Assembly: GCA_024137785.1 (NCBI GenBank)
Contig: JAHRHZ010000067.1
Span: 5,130,168 to 5,194,167, forward strand
Origin: Ginglymostoma cirratum
Taxonomy: Eukaryota
Length of the DNA: 64,000 bases
Direction: 5' to 3'
Made by a program: the position numbers and the translations under genes. Below, in pieces: positions 1-12,743 of this stretch (the stretch's first letter is position 1; each line of letters begins with the position of its first letter). The notes beneath the pieces are model-generated. The model was not told the DNA's origin. It made no database searches and saw only the letters and a program-made list of their open reading frames with translations.

Positions 1-136
1 AAACCCTTTTCTGATGAAGGGTTTAGGCCCGAAACGTCAAGTTTTCCTGCTCCTATGATGCTGCTTGACCTGTGTTCATCCAGCCCCATGCTTGTTATCT
101 CGGATTCTCCAGCATCTGCAGTACCTTTTATCTCTG
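1..136 (+). mobile_element. Penelope-like element terminal repeat (pLTR) fragment with hammerhead ribozyme core
   Basis: Closely matches the reverse complement of the end of the Penelope element at 35888-35990; contains CTGATGA(11-17)...GGG/CCC...GAAACGTC(31-38). Confidence 0.8.
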
Positions 137-639
137 ATACCAAATGCTGCCTTCATACTACCTATAACTCTACTTTCAAAGAACTGTGAACCTGTGTCTG
201 AATGGCATTAGTAGTCAGGATGCTACCATTAACTGTGTATGTGCCCTGCTCTTATTTGAAATACAACAGCTCCTGTTTATCTAAATTAAACTCCATCTGC
301 CATTCCTGATTCATCTGATCAAGGTCTCATTCTGTCTGTCATTAAAATTGCTATATTTTGTAAGAGATGACTGTGCAGTTATTTCTGTCTTGTACACTTT
401 GCAAAATTCATACTTTTGAATAAAGCATCCTCTCTATTTGGTTTGCAGCTGAATGAAGAATGGCACCACCTTGTGGCTGCCTTTGTACATATCACGGTCC
501 AGTGGGTCTTTTGACCTCGTGACCTTGTAATACCTTTTTAATGCTTTCAAAGAAATGGTGAATTGAAAGCTTGTCAATAGAATCTGAATATTCTAATTAT
601 ATCATAGCTACTATGCTTTCAGGTTTTTTTCTTCCACAG

Positions 640-678
640 CAGCATCCCAGTGAGCCAGTGTCCTGTTTTAAGTTACAG
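640..678 (+). other. Candidate 39-nt internal exon (QHPSEPVSCFKLQ), phase 0-0
   Basis: Preceded by ttttttcttccacAG, followed by CAG|GTAAGT; open frame, phase-compatible with VEZF1-like exon 2. Confidence 0.4.
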
Positions 679-2016
679 GTAAGTGGAAGTAAATCCCAAG
701 GATCTTGAAAGAACCCATTTATCTATCAAAAATGTTGTGGCTTCAGATATGTATCAAACACAATATTCGGTGTCTATTCTATATTTTATCTTGCATATGC
801 ACCACATCCTGCTTTCAATCTTAGCATAACAATTCACCATTTACTTGTAGTTAAATGCATTTAAGGGAAAGCTAGTTAGGATATTCATCTCAATTATTTC
901 ATGTGATATAAACTCCTATGTGGTAACTCTCCTCTGGATAGGAGAAGCTTCTCCTGAATTTCCTATTGAATTTGAATGACTACATAAGGCCTAGTTAATT
1001 TTCTGATGACAAGAAACATTTTCTTCCTCTTCCCCACCCCCGCCCATTCTGTGTTCATAATTCTGATTTCATTTTAATAACAAAAAATGTGGGCTAAATA
1101 ATGATATAACATTTGGTTTCCCAATTTGATCTTGACTAGTAAATAAATTCTTTTCATTAGTAAATCACTATTGTGTGTTAATTGAACATTGCCTTAATAT
1201 GTATCTTGCATGCCTTTGAGAAACCAATTCAGTAACAATACATATATACTGATATAAATGAGCTTAACATAGCAATACCAGTTATCGTGTTTGGTGATAT
1301 TAGTTATGGAATGAGTTACTTGACAAAGCATAGCGTGTTTAAGTTCATTGATTTTAGTATATAGTACACATGACTTTCAGACAGGAAAAGTTTGCATTCG
1401 ACATTGAGGGGGTTAAACTAATCAGTTATGTGCCTAACTAAGTTAGAGGTGAATGAATAAAACATTTAGACTGAATTGAAATCAGTGAATGGAATTAGAG
1501 AATCATAAGAGTCTTATGTAATCAACAAGGTCTTAATGGAAGGAAGTTGACAAATTTCTGGTTTTTTAAACCAGCAGCATAGATGGAGGGAAGCCAACAG
1601 ATAGTTGGAATTCTGAAAGGCATTCGCTACAAAAAGCTTAATGGGCAAGGATTCATGACTAGGAGGAATCAGTAGAGATACAAAGGACTGTTTCCTAATG
1701 GCTCTCAATTCAGACATGCTCTGTAAACTGTCAACAGTCTTGGCAGCAAAGCATTGGTAACAGCTCCATTTTAAACTATTAATGTTTGTGTGACAGTATT
1801 TCCCATCTGCCACTGCCATTGTCAGAATGGTGGTTTTATGGAATTTTCTAGGCTCAAGGTTGCTATATAAAGAGACTTAGACTACAAATCCCAGAATGCA
1901 TATGGGTGTTCGAGCTTTGGAAGCATTGATGAGTTAGTTTTTAAACACCTTATTTTGCTGTTGTCATGGGTGATAAAACATTGCAATAGAAATAACAATT
2001 TTAAGGTAGCAAACAA

Positions 2017-2355
2017 GGACAGTACAGTGGCTCAATGGTTAGCAATGCTGCCTCACTGTGCCAGGTACCCAGGTTCGATTCCACCCTTGGGCAACTGTCT
2101 ATGTGGAGTTTGCACATTCTGCTTGTGTCCGCGTGTGTTTCCTCTGCTTGCTTCAGTTTCCTCCTACAGTCCAAAGATGTGCAGGTTAGGTGGATTGGCT
2201 GTGCTAAATTGTCTGTAGTGTGTAGGCTAGGTGGCCACAGGAAATGCAAGGTTATAGGGATAGGGTAAACAGATGGGTCTAAATGGGATGTACTCCTTCA
2301 GAGGGCTGGTGCGGACTCAACTGGCCTGCTTCCATACTGTACAGATGCAATGATT
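2017..2355 (+). mobile_element. HE1-family tRNA-derived SINE
   Basis: tRNA-like A/B boxes (agtggctcaatggttagc...ggttcgattcc), HE1 core (gtggagtttgcacattct...cagtccaaagatgtgcaggttaggtggattggc), LINE-like tail. Confidence 0.9.
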
Positions 2356-3752
2356 CATGTATTAAACAAAATGTCAATTTTGAGGACATTTTTTAGAAGA
2401 AATTGTTAAATGTTTTGTTTACGTTCACCGTAATTTGCATTTTTCATAAATAGCGTTGCACCTTACATTATTTGTTAACTTTGTACATGCCTTGCATGTG
2501 TTCTGAATGCATTTGCATACTCATTTATACAGGAAACTTCCACATACAATCTCATGCAGCCTATAAATCGAAAACTAACAAGTAGTGATGAATGCCAAAT
2601 TGCTTACATAGCTGATTATGCTATTGAACAAACAACACTTGAATACCATATCTTCAGTGTTACGAATCAAAATTAATTTATTAAATTGAATTAATAAAAG
2701 GCAAAGCAAGTTTCACTGAATTTAAAATTTAAATTTACTGTACTTAAATTCTTAAACGGAAAAATTCTTGAATTTTTCCAAAATAATAATTACCATGAAT
2801 CAGTGCTTCAGTACCCAAACTTGGATGTAACATCAAGTGTAAGTATTTCCTACCTGTTGTTAGTATAGTACTCTGATATCATCTTAATGTTGCATTAAGC
2901 ATCAGCACCTAGGAATTTCTGATTTTTAAAATGCAGCTGAAATAAAAATTTGATTATCAACAGAGTGGTTTTCATGATCCGAATGTGTAAACTATTCGTT
3001 TGTAAGGCCCAAAATCCTTAGTCCTGTTTTCTGATTAGCCTTCCAAGGGAAAGCCAAGCTTTGAGATTAATGGGGCCCCTGCATATGAAGGTAAGCGGTG
3101 AGGGAGTGGAATGTATTGTAGATATTTACTCAGTAATATAACCAAAAACAAAAGCAATAAATCTTTGAGTAGTTTTAACTCTCGTACTGTTTTTCTATGT
3201 ACCATTATACCTTCCACCCCACCTGTTGAGTGGAGTTGTTTGCAAAACAAATTGACTCAGTTAGTTGGAATTAATATATTTACGCACAACCAACCAACAG
3301 ATGGACTCATTAAACTGACTGACCAAAACAGTTCAGTCAGACAAGTGTCCAATATAGATAATGGGACACGTGAATTACTAGTGTGCCATCACAGTAATGT
3401 TTATCTCCTTAATTTTTACGTTGCATGGGCTTACTTGTTCTTTCTGCACTGAAAAATGTCAGTCACACCTAAACTTGAAACTAAATGTTAAATTTATGTA
3501 GATTTTAAAGTTATGCAGCAGCAAGTGAAAACAACAATACATTCATTGTACAAGCCACAATGATTAGTTGGTTCAAGCTATTCCACGAGAGTTTAAGATA
3601 CACTCTGTGTTTGATTATTGTTCAACAACCAGTAATAGCTGTGGTGGAGTAGGAGAAAATAAGGTTGTGATTGAAGGTGAGCCATGGTCGTACTGAAGTG
3701 GGTCGGACATAGCTGTTAGCAGCATTGGAACGTGGAAGAACTAGATTTTTGG

Positions 3753-3835
3753 TTCTAGGCCCGAAACGCCAGCCTTCCTGCTCCTCTGCTGCTTGGCCTG
3801 CTGTGTTCATCCAGCTCTACACCTTGTTATCTCTT
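3753..3835 (+). mobile_element. Penelope pLTR-derived short repeat
   Basis: ggcccgaaacgccagccttcctgctcctctgctgcttggcctgctgtgttcatccagc matches 26-100. Confidence 0.7.
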
Positions 3836-3882
3836 TTTGTTTTGGCGGTTTCTTTGCATGTTTCACTTTACGAGATATTCGA

Positions 3883-4177
3883 ATCATAGCAAAGTATCCC
3901 TACAGTGTGGAAACAGGCCTTTCGGCCCGACGAGTCCACACCGACCCTCGGAGCATCCCATTCTCCCTTTAACCCACCTAATCTGCACATCCTTGAACAC
4001 TACGGGCAATTTAGCATGGCCAGTCCACCTAGCCTGCATATCTTTGGACTGTGGGAGGAAACCCATGCAGACACGAGGAGAACGTGCAAACTCCACACAG
4101 TTAACCGAGGCTAGGATCGAACCTGGGTCGCTGGTGCTGTGAGGCAACAGCGCTAACCGCTGAGCCACCGTGCTGCC
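3883..4177 (-). mobile_element. HE1-family SINE
   Basis: Reverse complement of the HE1 copies at 2017 and 45473. Confidence 0.9.
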
Positions 4178-4299
4178 AAAATATAAAAATACTGAAAATG
4201 GGATTAAATCTGCAGAACTACATTTAATCACAGTTGGTAACCCCTACTGTTGAATTGGAGAGCAGGCCCCTCTCAGTTTAGAGTCTACTCCAAATCTTG

Positions 4300-4510
4300 C
4301 AGGTCAGTTGGCTGGGCAGCTGACTTGCTGATGCAGAGTGAAGCTAACAACATGGGTTCAATTTCCACACCAGCTGAGGTTGCTGTGAAGGATTCTCCTC
4401 CTCAACATGTTTTGCTTGAGGCACGGTGCCCCTTGGGTTAAACCACCCCCTATCATCTCTATCTAATGAGACACCTGTATTCTGTTAGGCCTATGGCAAC
4501 AACCTTTTAT
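4300..4510 (+). mobile_element. tRNA-derived SINE (family not identified)
   Basis: tRNA-like head (tcagttggctggg...gggttcaatttcc) followed by a ~150-bp body and T-rich tail. Confidence 0.45.
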
Positions 4511-5739
4511 TTGTTATACCCTTAGGGCATCAGCATTAAATGTACATGTGTGAGCCAGTAGCTCAAAGGTGTGTGATGTAGCATGGATGTGTTCTCCAAT
4601 ATTCGCAATAACTTTCTTCAAACAGGAATGAAGCAGAGCTAGGAAAACCCTCCTTGAAGTCCAAGATTTCTGTCAGTGATTGCCTTTTGGCAGTGACAGA
4701 GTTCACTTATCTCAGCAGCAAGTATTGTCTTGGGCAGGCTTTGACCATCTGTCAGAGGTATGAGGAAGAGCATATTTGCCTACCAGAATGAGTGTTTGCC
4801 TATTGAACTGCCTTCAATAGTTTCTGCATCTTGCCTTCAGGACAAAATACTCAGGCATTCACTCAAGCTGGCAGGCTGAGTCCCCACACCATGTTGAGGG
4901 CATCATAAGTGAACTGGGCTGGTTGTGTAGCCAATGTGCCTGATACTCGCTGAAGTGAATCTTTTGTGGTGAGCTTCAGTCCGAGGGGCACTCATGGCAG
5001 CATGACAAGGAATGTCACTTGGGAATGTTGAGTCCCAGGGAAAAACTTGTCTAAGTTTGTTTCAGCTGGAAAAGCCAAAGAGAAGCAAATGCTGCAGAGG
5101 CAGATAGAACAATAAGGAGATTAAACTGGAGGCAGCAACTGATCCAGCACTCGATCGGCTGTCCTGTCTTATTTGCAACAGAATCAGGTACAGATCAGCC
5201 AAGCTGTCATCTTTGTACACATTGGAGCATTACCAAACACCCAAGTAACAACTAACACTTATCTTTGCCTCAAATCCCTGAATTCTTGAAACAAATTACT
5301 GGATCAGCAGGCCAGTGGAGAGAAATCAGTTAACATTTTGGATTCAGTAACCCTTCCTTGGAACATTGAGATATCCCTAGCATTCCCTGAAACGTTCTTG
5401 TCTGCAAGTGGGAAATTTGCGTATGGGAGGTTGCAGATTACCAGGCAACCAGTATTGCCATGTCCCTAACTTGTTTTGGAGGTGCTGAACTATGAAATTG
5501 GATTTTATCTGTGTCAGATACATTTTTTGTGTCTTACTTTTTGGCAAAGAAAATGTTTGAGACCTGTAATACATGTCCTTTAACTGCCATGTGTGGATGG
5601 TGGGAGGTGGGGCAAAGAGGTGGAAGAAGTGGGAGATTTGATTGACCAAAACATTTCCAAAAAGGTTCCATTCTTAATTGACAACTTGTGGCTTAACGTT
5701 CTTCTGAGAGATAAAGGTTCATGTTTCGATGAAGGACTG

Positions 5740-6360
5740 GAACATAAAAATCAATGTTAATATGCCAGTGCTGTGCTGTTAGAATGTGTGTTTCAGGTGA
5801 AATGTTAAACTGTGAAACTACCTGTCCTTGTAGGTGTTAAAAAAACAAATCCCTATTTGGTATTAGAAAAAAAGCAGGGGAGTTTTGTTTGCATCCATCC
5901 TGGACAATGCATCTGTCAATCTGCATCACAGAAACAAGCTGTCTGGTAATTTTTTGTAAGAAAATATTCACGGGATGAAGGCATCACTGGCTCGGCCAGC
6001 AATTATTGCCCATCCCTAGCAGGGAAGTAAGAGTTAACTGCATTGCAGTGGGTCTGGAGTCACGTGCAAGTCAGATCAAGTGTAAGGATGTTAATTTCTT
6101 TCCCTGAAAGACATTAGTGAACAAGATGGGTTTTTCTGATAATCGACAATGGATTCATGGACATTATTAGACTCCTTAATTCTGGATTTTTATTGAATTC
6201 AAATTCCACCATCTGCAGTGGTGGGATTTGCACCCAGGGCTGCTGTGCGTCAATTGGCTGCCATAGTTCCTACATTATAGCGATGATCACACTTCAAAAG
6301 TGCTTCTTTGGATACTTGCTTCGAGGTGTCCTGGCCATAAAAAGCACTGTTTTCTCATTC
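5740..6360 (+). mobile_element. Deu-core/SacSINE1-like SINE interrupted by an antisense SINE (5965-6240)
   Basis: Core ttcaggtgaaatgttaaac...agcaggggagtt...tcctggacaat resumes at 6240 with tgctgtgcgtcaattggctgcc...cacttcaaaagt; similar to 15405-15805. Confidence 0.55.
5965..6240 (-). mobile_element. Shark tRNA-derived SINE (LF-SINE-like core)
   Basis: Reverse complement of the family at 13490-13810 and 13955-14295. Confidence 0.7.
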
Positions 6361-6830
6361 TCTAGACATTCTGGTCACTGCACTGTAGAAAGCATATGAT
6401 TGTGCTAGAGAGAGCACAGAGGAGATTCACCAGGATGTTGCCTGGGCTAGTGTGTTTCAACTATGAAGAAAGACTAAGTAGGCTGGGGTTGTTTTTCCTT
6501 AGCAGAGAGGGAAACTGAGTGAGGTGTACAAAATTGAGGGGCGTAGATAGTGAAAAGGAAAAACTTTACCCCTTAAGTTAATAACTAGGAACATAGATTT
6601 AATCTAAAGAGTAAGAGGTTTAGAGATGATTTAAGGAAGAATTTCTGTCATCTGCTCTGGTTGCTGTCTGGAACCCACTGCCTGAAAGGGTGGTATTTAG
6701 ATTATCACTTGAAGCACCATGGCATACAAGGCTATAGACTGTGCTGGGACTAGACCAGATATGTGCTTGATGAGTGGCATAGACATGATGGTCTGAAGGG
6801 GCTCTTTCCATGCTGTAAAACTCTATAAAC
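6360..6830 (+). mobile_element. CR1/HER1 LINE 3' fragment
   Basis: gagagagcacagaggagattcaccaggatgttgcctgg (ERVQRRFTRMLPG-like); 3' tail gatggtctgaaggggctctttccatgctgtaaaactcta. Confidence 0.75.
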
Positions 6831-7744
6831 TAATGTCCTTTTGATTTCAAAGCAAAATATAGTGGATGCTGGAAGAATGAAAACAGCGTAAAATAGGTAG
6901 CATTTATTGAGAGAGAAAGTGTTAATGTTTCAGGTCACTGATCTTTCATAACATTTGAGGTTAGTGACCATCAATTGTGAACTCTATTTCTTTCCATAGA
7001 TGGTGCCTGACCAGTTTTCTAGGTGTTTTTGTTCTCTTAAATATTGTGCTGTGTTGACTGGAAAGAAAAATGGTAGGCGTTTATGAACTTCAAGAGTTAT
7101 ATTTTCACTCGAATGCATTTTGATTATGTACTTCCTTATGGGAATCGAAGGTGGGTTCAATTTGAACTTGCCACATCCTGACAGTAGGGAGAGAGAACCA
7201 CAATGATATTAATTTAGTTGTTTGGAGTTCTTCACTGCAGGGAAATAGAGGCTGGGCATCTTTCTAAGTGAAAAGTAATTGGATAGAATATTTTAAAGTA
7301 GAGGAAGATGCAGAATTGGATGGAACAGGGGACAGGATCAGGAGGGAAGTTGGTTTCAGTTGCCATAAAATAGTCAAATCCTGCAGATGCTGAAAATCTC
7401 AAATGTTGTGGTGCAGAAGTCCATTCAGCCCCTCGTGTCTGCACCTGCTGTCTTACTGAGTGTTATGACTGAGTTTCACAAGTCACCCCACACATTATTT
7501 AAATAGGGACAGTTATCTAATGCCCTCACGAATGCCTTAAACATAACTGAAATTTAAACAGAAACAGAATATTGTTCAGAAAAAACCAAACTGCTGAGTA
7601 CCTCCTCCCCCAGCATTTTTTAATGTCAAATTAAGGCAGCAGGGTTTAAAGCCACGGAATGCAGTGGATGGATACAAAAACAGAAAATGCTGGAGAAACT
7701 CAGTAGGTCTGACAGTGTCTGAGAAGAGACAAACAGTTAACTTT

Positions 7745-8180
7745 TAGGAACAGGAATATGCCATTCAGCCCCTTGAGATCGTAGTTGATCTGTGGCTGAA
7801 TTCCATGTGCCTGTTTTGAGCCTGTATCCCTTGATATGCATGCTTAATAAAAATGTCTATCTCAGATTTAAATTTAATGATTGAATTAGCATTGACTGCT
7901 GTTTGAGGAAGAGCATTCCAAGCCTTCATTACTCTTTGCATGTGGAATTACTTTCTACCAGCTCTCCTGAATGGCCTGGCCCTAATTCTTAGACAGTGCC
8001 CCTGGTTCTAATTTCTTCAACCTGTGGAAATGGTTTATCTATCTTTATGTACTGTCTTTTGCTGTTTATTATCCTGAAGACCTTGATTAGATCATCCTTT
8101 GACTTTAAATTCTGGAGGACAAAGGCCTAATTTGTCTAATCTCTCTTCATAACCCCGAAAGTCCAGGTATTAATCTAGTA
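7745..8180 (-). mobile_element. CR1-type LINE 3' fragment
   Basis: Antisense 3' end (aggaatatgccattcagcccctt..., gagcattccaagcc..., gtgcccctggttcta). Confidence 0.6.
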
Positions 8181-8500
8181 ACAAAAACAAATTTCTGGGG
8201 AAGCTCAAGTCTGACAGGATCTGTGGATGGAAATCAGAGTTTGCTCAGGTCCAGCGACCCTCCTTCAGAGCTGAACCTGAAACGTAAACAAAAACAAATT
8301 GCGGGAAAAACTCAGGGGTCTGGCAGCATCTGAGGAGAGAAATCAGTTAATGTTTCGGGTCCAGTTACCCTTCCTCAAAACTAACGGTAGCCCAAAACGT
8401 TAACTCTGATTTCTCTCCACAGATGCTGCCAGACCTGCTGACTTTTTCCCAGCAATTTCTGTTTTGGTTTCTGATTTCCAACATCCGCAGTTCTTTTTTT
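8180..8500. repeat. Cluster of Penelope pLTR-related short repeats forming an inverted repeat (arms ~8290-8359 and ~8391-8465)
   Basis: ggtctggcagcatctgaggagagaaatcag vs ctgatttctctccacagatgctgccagacc. Confidence 0.75.
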
Positions 8501-8619
8501 TTTAAAATGCTGTTGTCATGCTGGTAAACCTGCGTTAAACTGCCTCCAGGGCCATGACCTGCTCACAGTGGTGTCTAACGGGAGCTGGTTGTGGATGGAT
8601 GTTGCAACTTGTGGCTCTT

Positions 8620-8930
8620 CCCATTGTCTAGATCACCCCCCCCCACCTCTCCCCCCGGATTCCTCGACACATGGTTGCACCCAGATGTGGGGGAGGTGAA
8701 AGGTGACAGGAAGTGGCGGCGGTCGCCATGTTGGCCCCGGCGCTGTGTTTTCCGCAGCTTTGTTGTGGCCTCCTCTCCCCGTCTGCTCCCCGTCCAGAGG
8801 CGAAATGGAAGCGGCCTGGGGTGCCTTCATATTTCAGGTGAGGGTGCGGGCAGAGTCGACGGGGACCGGGCTCCGAACGAAGCGTCGGAATTTGAAGCCC
8901 AGGCGTCGGCGTTTTTGAAGTAAAGGATCG
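8620..8930 (+). promoter_or_regulatory. CpG-island promoter / first exon region of the VEZF1-like gene
   Basis: The only CpG-dense non-coding host stretch; ETS motif CAGGAAGTG (8707-8715), YY1 motif CGCCATGTT (8724-8732), start codon at 8805. Confidence 0.75.
8805..8837 (+). CDS. VEZF1: VEZF1-like zinc-finger protein, coding exon 1 (MEAAWGAFIFQ)
   Basis: Resembles the VEZF1 N-terminus MEANWTAFLFQ; donor CAG|GTGAGG, phase 0. Confidence 0.9.
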
Positions 8931-10239
8931 GGGAAGTTTTTTTTATTCTCTATCTCTCTCTCTCTTCAGGGTTTTAGCTGCAGACTAGCCCAGCCAAGAT
9001 GCGCTCTCATATATTCAGATTTCCAGCCGATTTGTACCCCGGTAGTGCATCACTCGCTGGAAAGAAACCACTTCTCTTATTCAGCCCGAAAGAATAAGAG
9101 CAAGGGTGGTGCATTTTTCAATATCTGTGTGTTATACACAAACTGTAGCCAGCAAGTGGCAATCCCAATCAGTCCACGCGCATCAGGATTTTAATTCACG
9201 ATTGAGTTTTTCCCACCCACCCCAACTTAAATGTACAGTAAATTTACCAGATATGTCCCTGGACTAACCCAACTTCCCTGCCGTATTGTGTTTATTATTT
9301 ACTTTTCTTTTTAAAAAAACGCACCTGTCCATTTTCTTGTCTTTTGGCTTTCAAAGTCATCTCCCATGCCACTAAATTGTTATTTAATTGTATGCAGTTT
9401 GTTTTGTGTTTAGTTGAAAGCATGTGTTTTCAGGCTACTCGTATCAGACACATGTGCTAGATAACGTACAGATCTTTTAAGTCATAGTGCTTAGACTTGA
9501 CATAGAGCTGTACGATGTATTACGCATGAATGTGGGGCTTTAAGTGTTTTTTAAAAGATGGAAAAAAAAAGTAGTGACAGTTTGGCAAAGCTGTTTTCTG
9601 AGGCAAGTTTCCCATGTAGAGATTTGTGCACCGAAAGTGTTAAATGTCCTAATTTGAAGTGTTAGGAATTTGCAGCAGATTTAGTCAAATGCTGACTTTG
9701 TATCCCAACTATGGTGTGTACTACAAAAACTGAGGTATATTTTAAAAAGGAAAAATCCTGAACCATTAAAGTTTTGTGCCACACACTGATATAGGGAACA
9801 CTTGGTTTGGGTGATGGGCATTTGATTCCCAAAACCTTCTCTACTATTCAATGCACTAATGGCTAATTATCACCATTATCCATCATGTTCGAAATTCCAT
9901 TGGTTTGTGAGTGGAATATGTTCAACAACCAGTGACCGCTGTACCCTGGAGTGCAGAATTCTTCATCTGTCTTAAATAACAGACTGCTTTAATTGAAGAC
10001 AGACCGTATTTGCTAATTTCTGTGAAGTTTTCAGTATTCAATCTATCCAACATTTAAAGAATTTTATTGTTGAAAAACCTTCAAATCCTCAATGAGATCA
10101 CCCCATGTTCTTAAGTGTAGTGCATTTCATGCCAGACCATTCAACTTCTCATGCAGGAATCAGTCTCATGAACCTTCATTGTGCTCTCTTCAAGGCTGAT
10201 ATATCCTTCCTTCAGTAATTTCTTCAAAATCTTATGACA

Positions 10240-10560
10240 CCTGGGCAGGGAATGTAAGGAAAACTGTTCCTACTGGTTGAAGGGTTGAGAACCAGAGAAT
10301 ACTGGTTTCAGGTAATAGGGAAATAAGCAACATTGATATGAGGAAGTTTTTTTTAATACAGTATGGGGTTAGGATCTGGAATGCAGTGCCTGAGATTGTG
10401 AAGGAGGCCTTCTAAAGAGAACTGAATAATAACGTGAACAGAAAACTGTTTGGGATTGCAGGGAATATAACGGGAATTGGACTAGGTATGCTTGCTCTTG
10501 CAGAGAGCCAGCACAGACAAAACTGGCTGAGTGGCTTCCATGTGCACTAACTGTTCTATA
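10240..10560 (+). mobile_element. CR1-type LINE 3' fragment (old)
   Basis: aaactgttcctactggttgaagggttgagaaccagag...gatctggaatgcagtgcctgag...gagagccagcacagac. Confidence 0.55.
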
Positions 10561-11154
10561 GGCATAATGAGTTTTTATTTATCTATATACGTTCAGTGTA
10601 AATAATTCCAGAACAACATAAGATCCTGCACATTTTTACACTCGTTATGTATGATACATGTCAGCGCTACTGAGGTCATGAGCTAAATTTTGGGCAACAC
10701 CAGATCTGAGACAGGAATGTCTGCCATTGAGCTCCAACTTCTTTGACCAGCCTGCCCTATTGTTGCCTTAGTGTCAAATTTTGTTTGATAATCACTCCTG
10801 TTAAGTGTCTTATTCTTATGGCAGTGAAAGGTCTGTCCTCGCTGTTCACACAGTGAAGCTCCTGCAGCAGGCCTTAACTCTCATTTCTCAGAGATTTATA
10901 ACAATTTTCAAGCCTCCAAATGAGCTCGCAGTTTGGAAACAATTTGGAGACCACAGTGTTAACGTCTGGTTACTGCAGTCTGGCAAAAAAACGTGGAGAC
11001 AGTGAAACTGACTTCTGAGGAGGCTTGAGTGCCCTGTTATGTTTGTCCCAACCTTAATCTATGTGATTAATTTCAACTGGAGTGGAGAGGAATCAATTGT
11101 GTCTCATTGCTCCTGAGTGAGAGGGGAGAAAACTGTCAGGGGTTGCAGTGAGAG

Positions 11155-11275
11155 AAAGCAAGAACTGCAGATGCTGGAGTCGAACAACACAGTGTGGAGC
11201 TGGAGGAACATAGCAGGCCAGGCAGCATCCGAGGAGCAGAAAAGTTGACCTTTCAGGTCGGGACCCTTCTTCAGG
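11155..11275 (-). mobile_element. Penelope pLTR-derived short repeat
   Basis: ctgcagatgctggag...gcaggccaggcagcatccgaggagcagaaaagttgacctttcaggtcgggacccttcttcag; degenerate hammerhead core on the - strand. Confidence 0.7.
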
Positions 11276-12418
11276 GATTTTGGTGAAATGTTATCCAGCA
11301 TTTCCTGATAAGAATGCTCCAATGTGTATGAAGACTGAGGACAGAATTGGGCTTATTAGTGATTTTCCTTATGAACAGATATCTTGCTGACATCTCCTTT
11401 CACAGCCATAAAAGAATAATGTTCTGCTGGAGAAGTCTCGTGAAACTGCATCTCGGCAAGAAATAAAACCTTCAACAGCACCTTGTGTTTCTATAGTGCC
11501 TTTAATGCAGTAAAGCCTCCTAAATATGCTTAACAGGAGTGATTATCAAACAAAATTTGACAGAGGCACCTAAAGGTAACACGAGGACAGGCTGGTCAAA
11601 GTAGTAGGTTTTCAGAATGAGTGTCTGGAAAGAAGCATGGAGGTTTAGGAAGGGAATCCAGAGACTAGGATCTTGGCAGCTGAGGATCTGACCACCAATG
11701 ATAGAAGAATTAAAATCGGGAATACTGAAGGGGTCAGATTTGAATAGGTGGACATGAAGGTTGGAGAACTGGAGGAGATTACTGAGATATTGGAGGGATT
11801 ATACAAACAACAGTTGTATTCTCTGGAATTTAAAAAAGATGCAGATAATTTGAACAGAGTTTTAAAAATTTTAAGGGGAGCAGATAGAGAAATAACTTCT
11901 ACTGACCAAGGAGCCCATGAGTATGGGCCTGGCCTTGACATTAAAATCAAGCAGATCAGGAGTGAAGGATAGGATGATACAAGGCTGGAACTCTTCAACT
12001 TTTAACTTAATATGGGAAGTTTTTGTTAACTGAAGTTTCACTAAAGGATATTGGACAAAGATGGGTATCTAGACGACATTATAGACCAGCCGTCGTCACA
12101 TTGAATGACAGAGGTTCAGGCTTGAGCTGATGTCTTAACTTTTGTTCCTAATATAAGACGCTCCAATCGAGAGTGTAGCCAAACAATAAAGAGAGGTCAA
12201 GTAGTAGAACTGTTAAAGATAGCTAGCAGCCAATCGGAGAGGGAAGAGCTGGGATATCAGTGATGGGGATGGATACAAGTAGAGAGGCAGAGGAGTCAGG
12301 ACAAGGCTTGGAAGAGTGAGGTAGGTAAGGTAGGACAGGAAGCTGTGGGTTGTTTAGGGTGACAAGGCCTTGAGAGGAATTTTCCTGGATAAATTTATTT
12401 TGTGGTTTTTACCTTTAA

Positions 12419-12743
12419 ATCATAGAATCCCTACGGTGCTGAAGCAGGCTATTTGGCCCATTGGGTCCATGCCGACCATCCAGACCCACTCCCCTATCCA
12501 ATGCCGCATTTTCTGTGGCTAATCCACCTAGCCTGCACAGCCCTGGACACTAGTCAATTTAGCATGGCCGAGCCACCTAACTTGCACATCTTTGGACAGT
12601 GGGAGGAAATCAGCACCCAGAGGAAACCACACAGACACGGGGAGAATGTGCAAACTCCGCACAGATAGTCACCTGAGGGTTGAATTGAACCTGGGTCCCC
12701 AGTGCTGAGAGACTGCAGTGCTAACCACAGCCACCATGCCACC
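12419..12743 (-). mobile_element. HE1-family SINE
   Basis: Antisense HE1 core (gcacatctttggac...ggggagaatgtgcaaactcc...gaacctgggtccc). Confidence 0.85.

Noticed and set aside
2020-2090. tRNA genes at SINE heads
   Set aside because: tRNA-derived SINE promoters without a complete cloverleaf.
1955-4231. Overlapping 70-115 aa ORFs (also 12453-12862 and 45442-45927)
   Set aside because: Translations of HE1 SINE sequence.
8940-9100. Pyrimidine tract + AG at ~8969 followed by a short ATG ORF
   Set aside because: No clear donor or homology; may simply be a (CT)n microsatellite.
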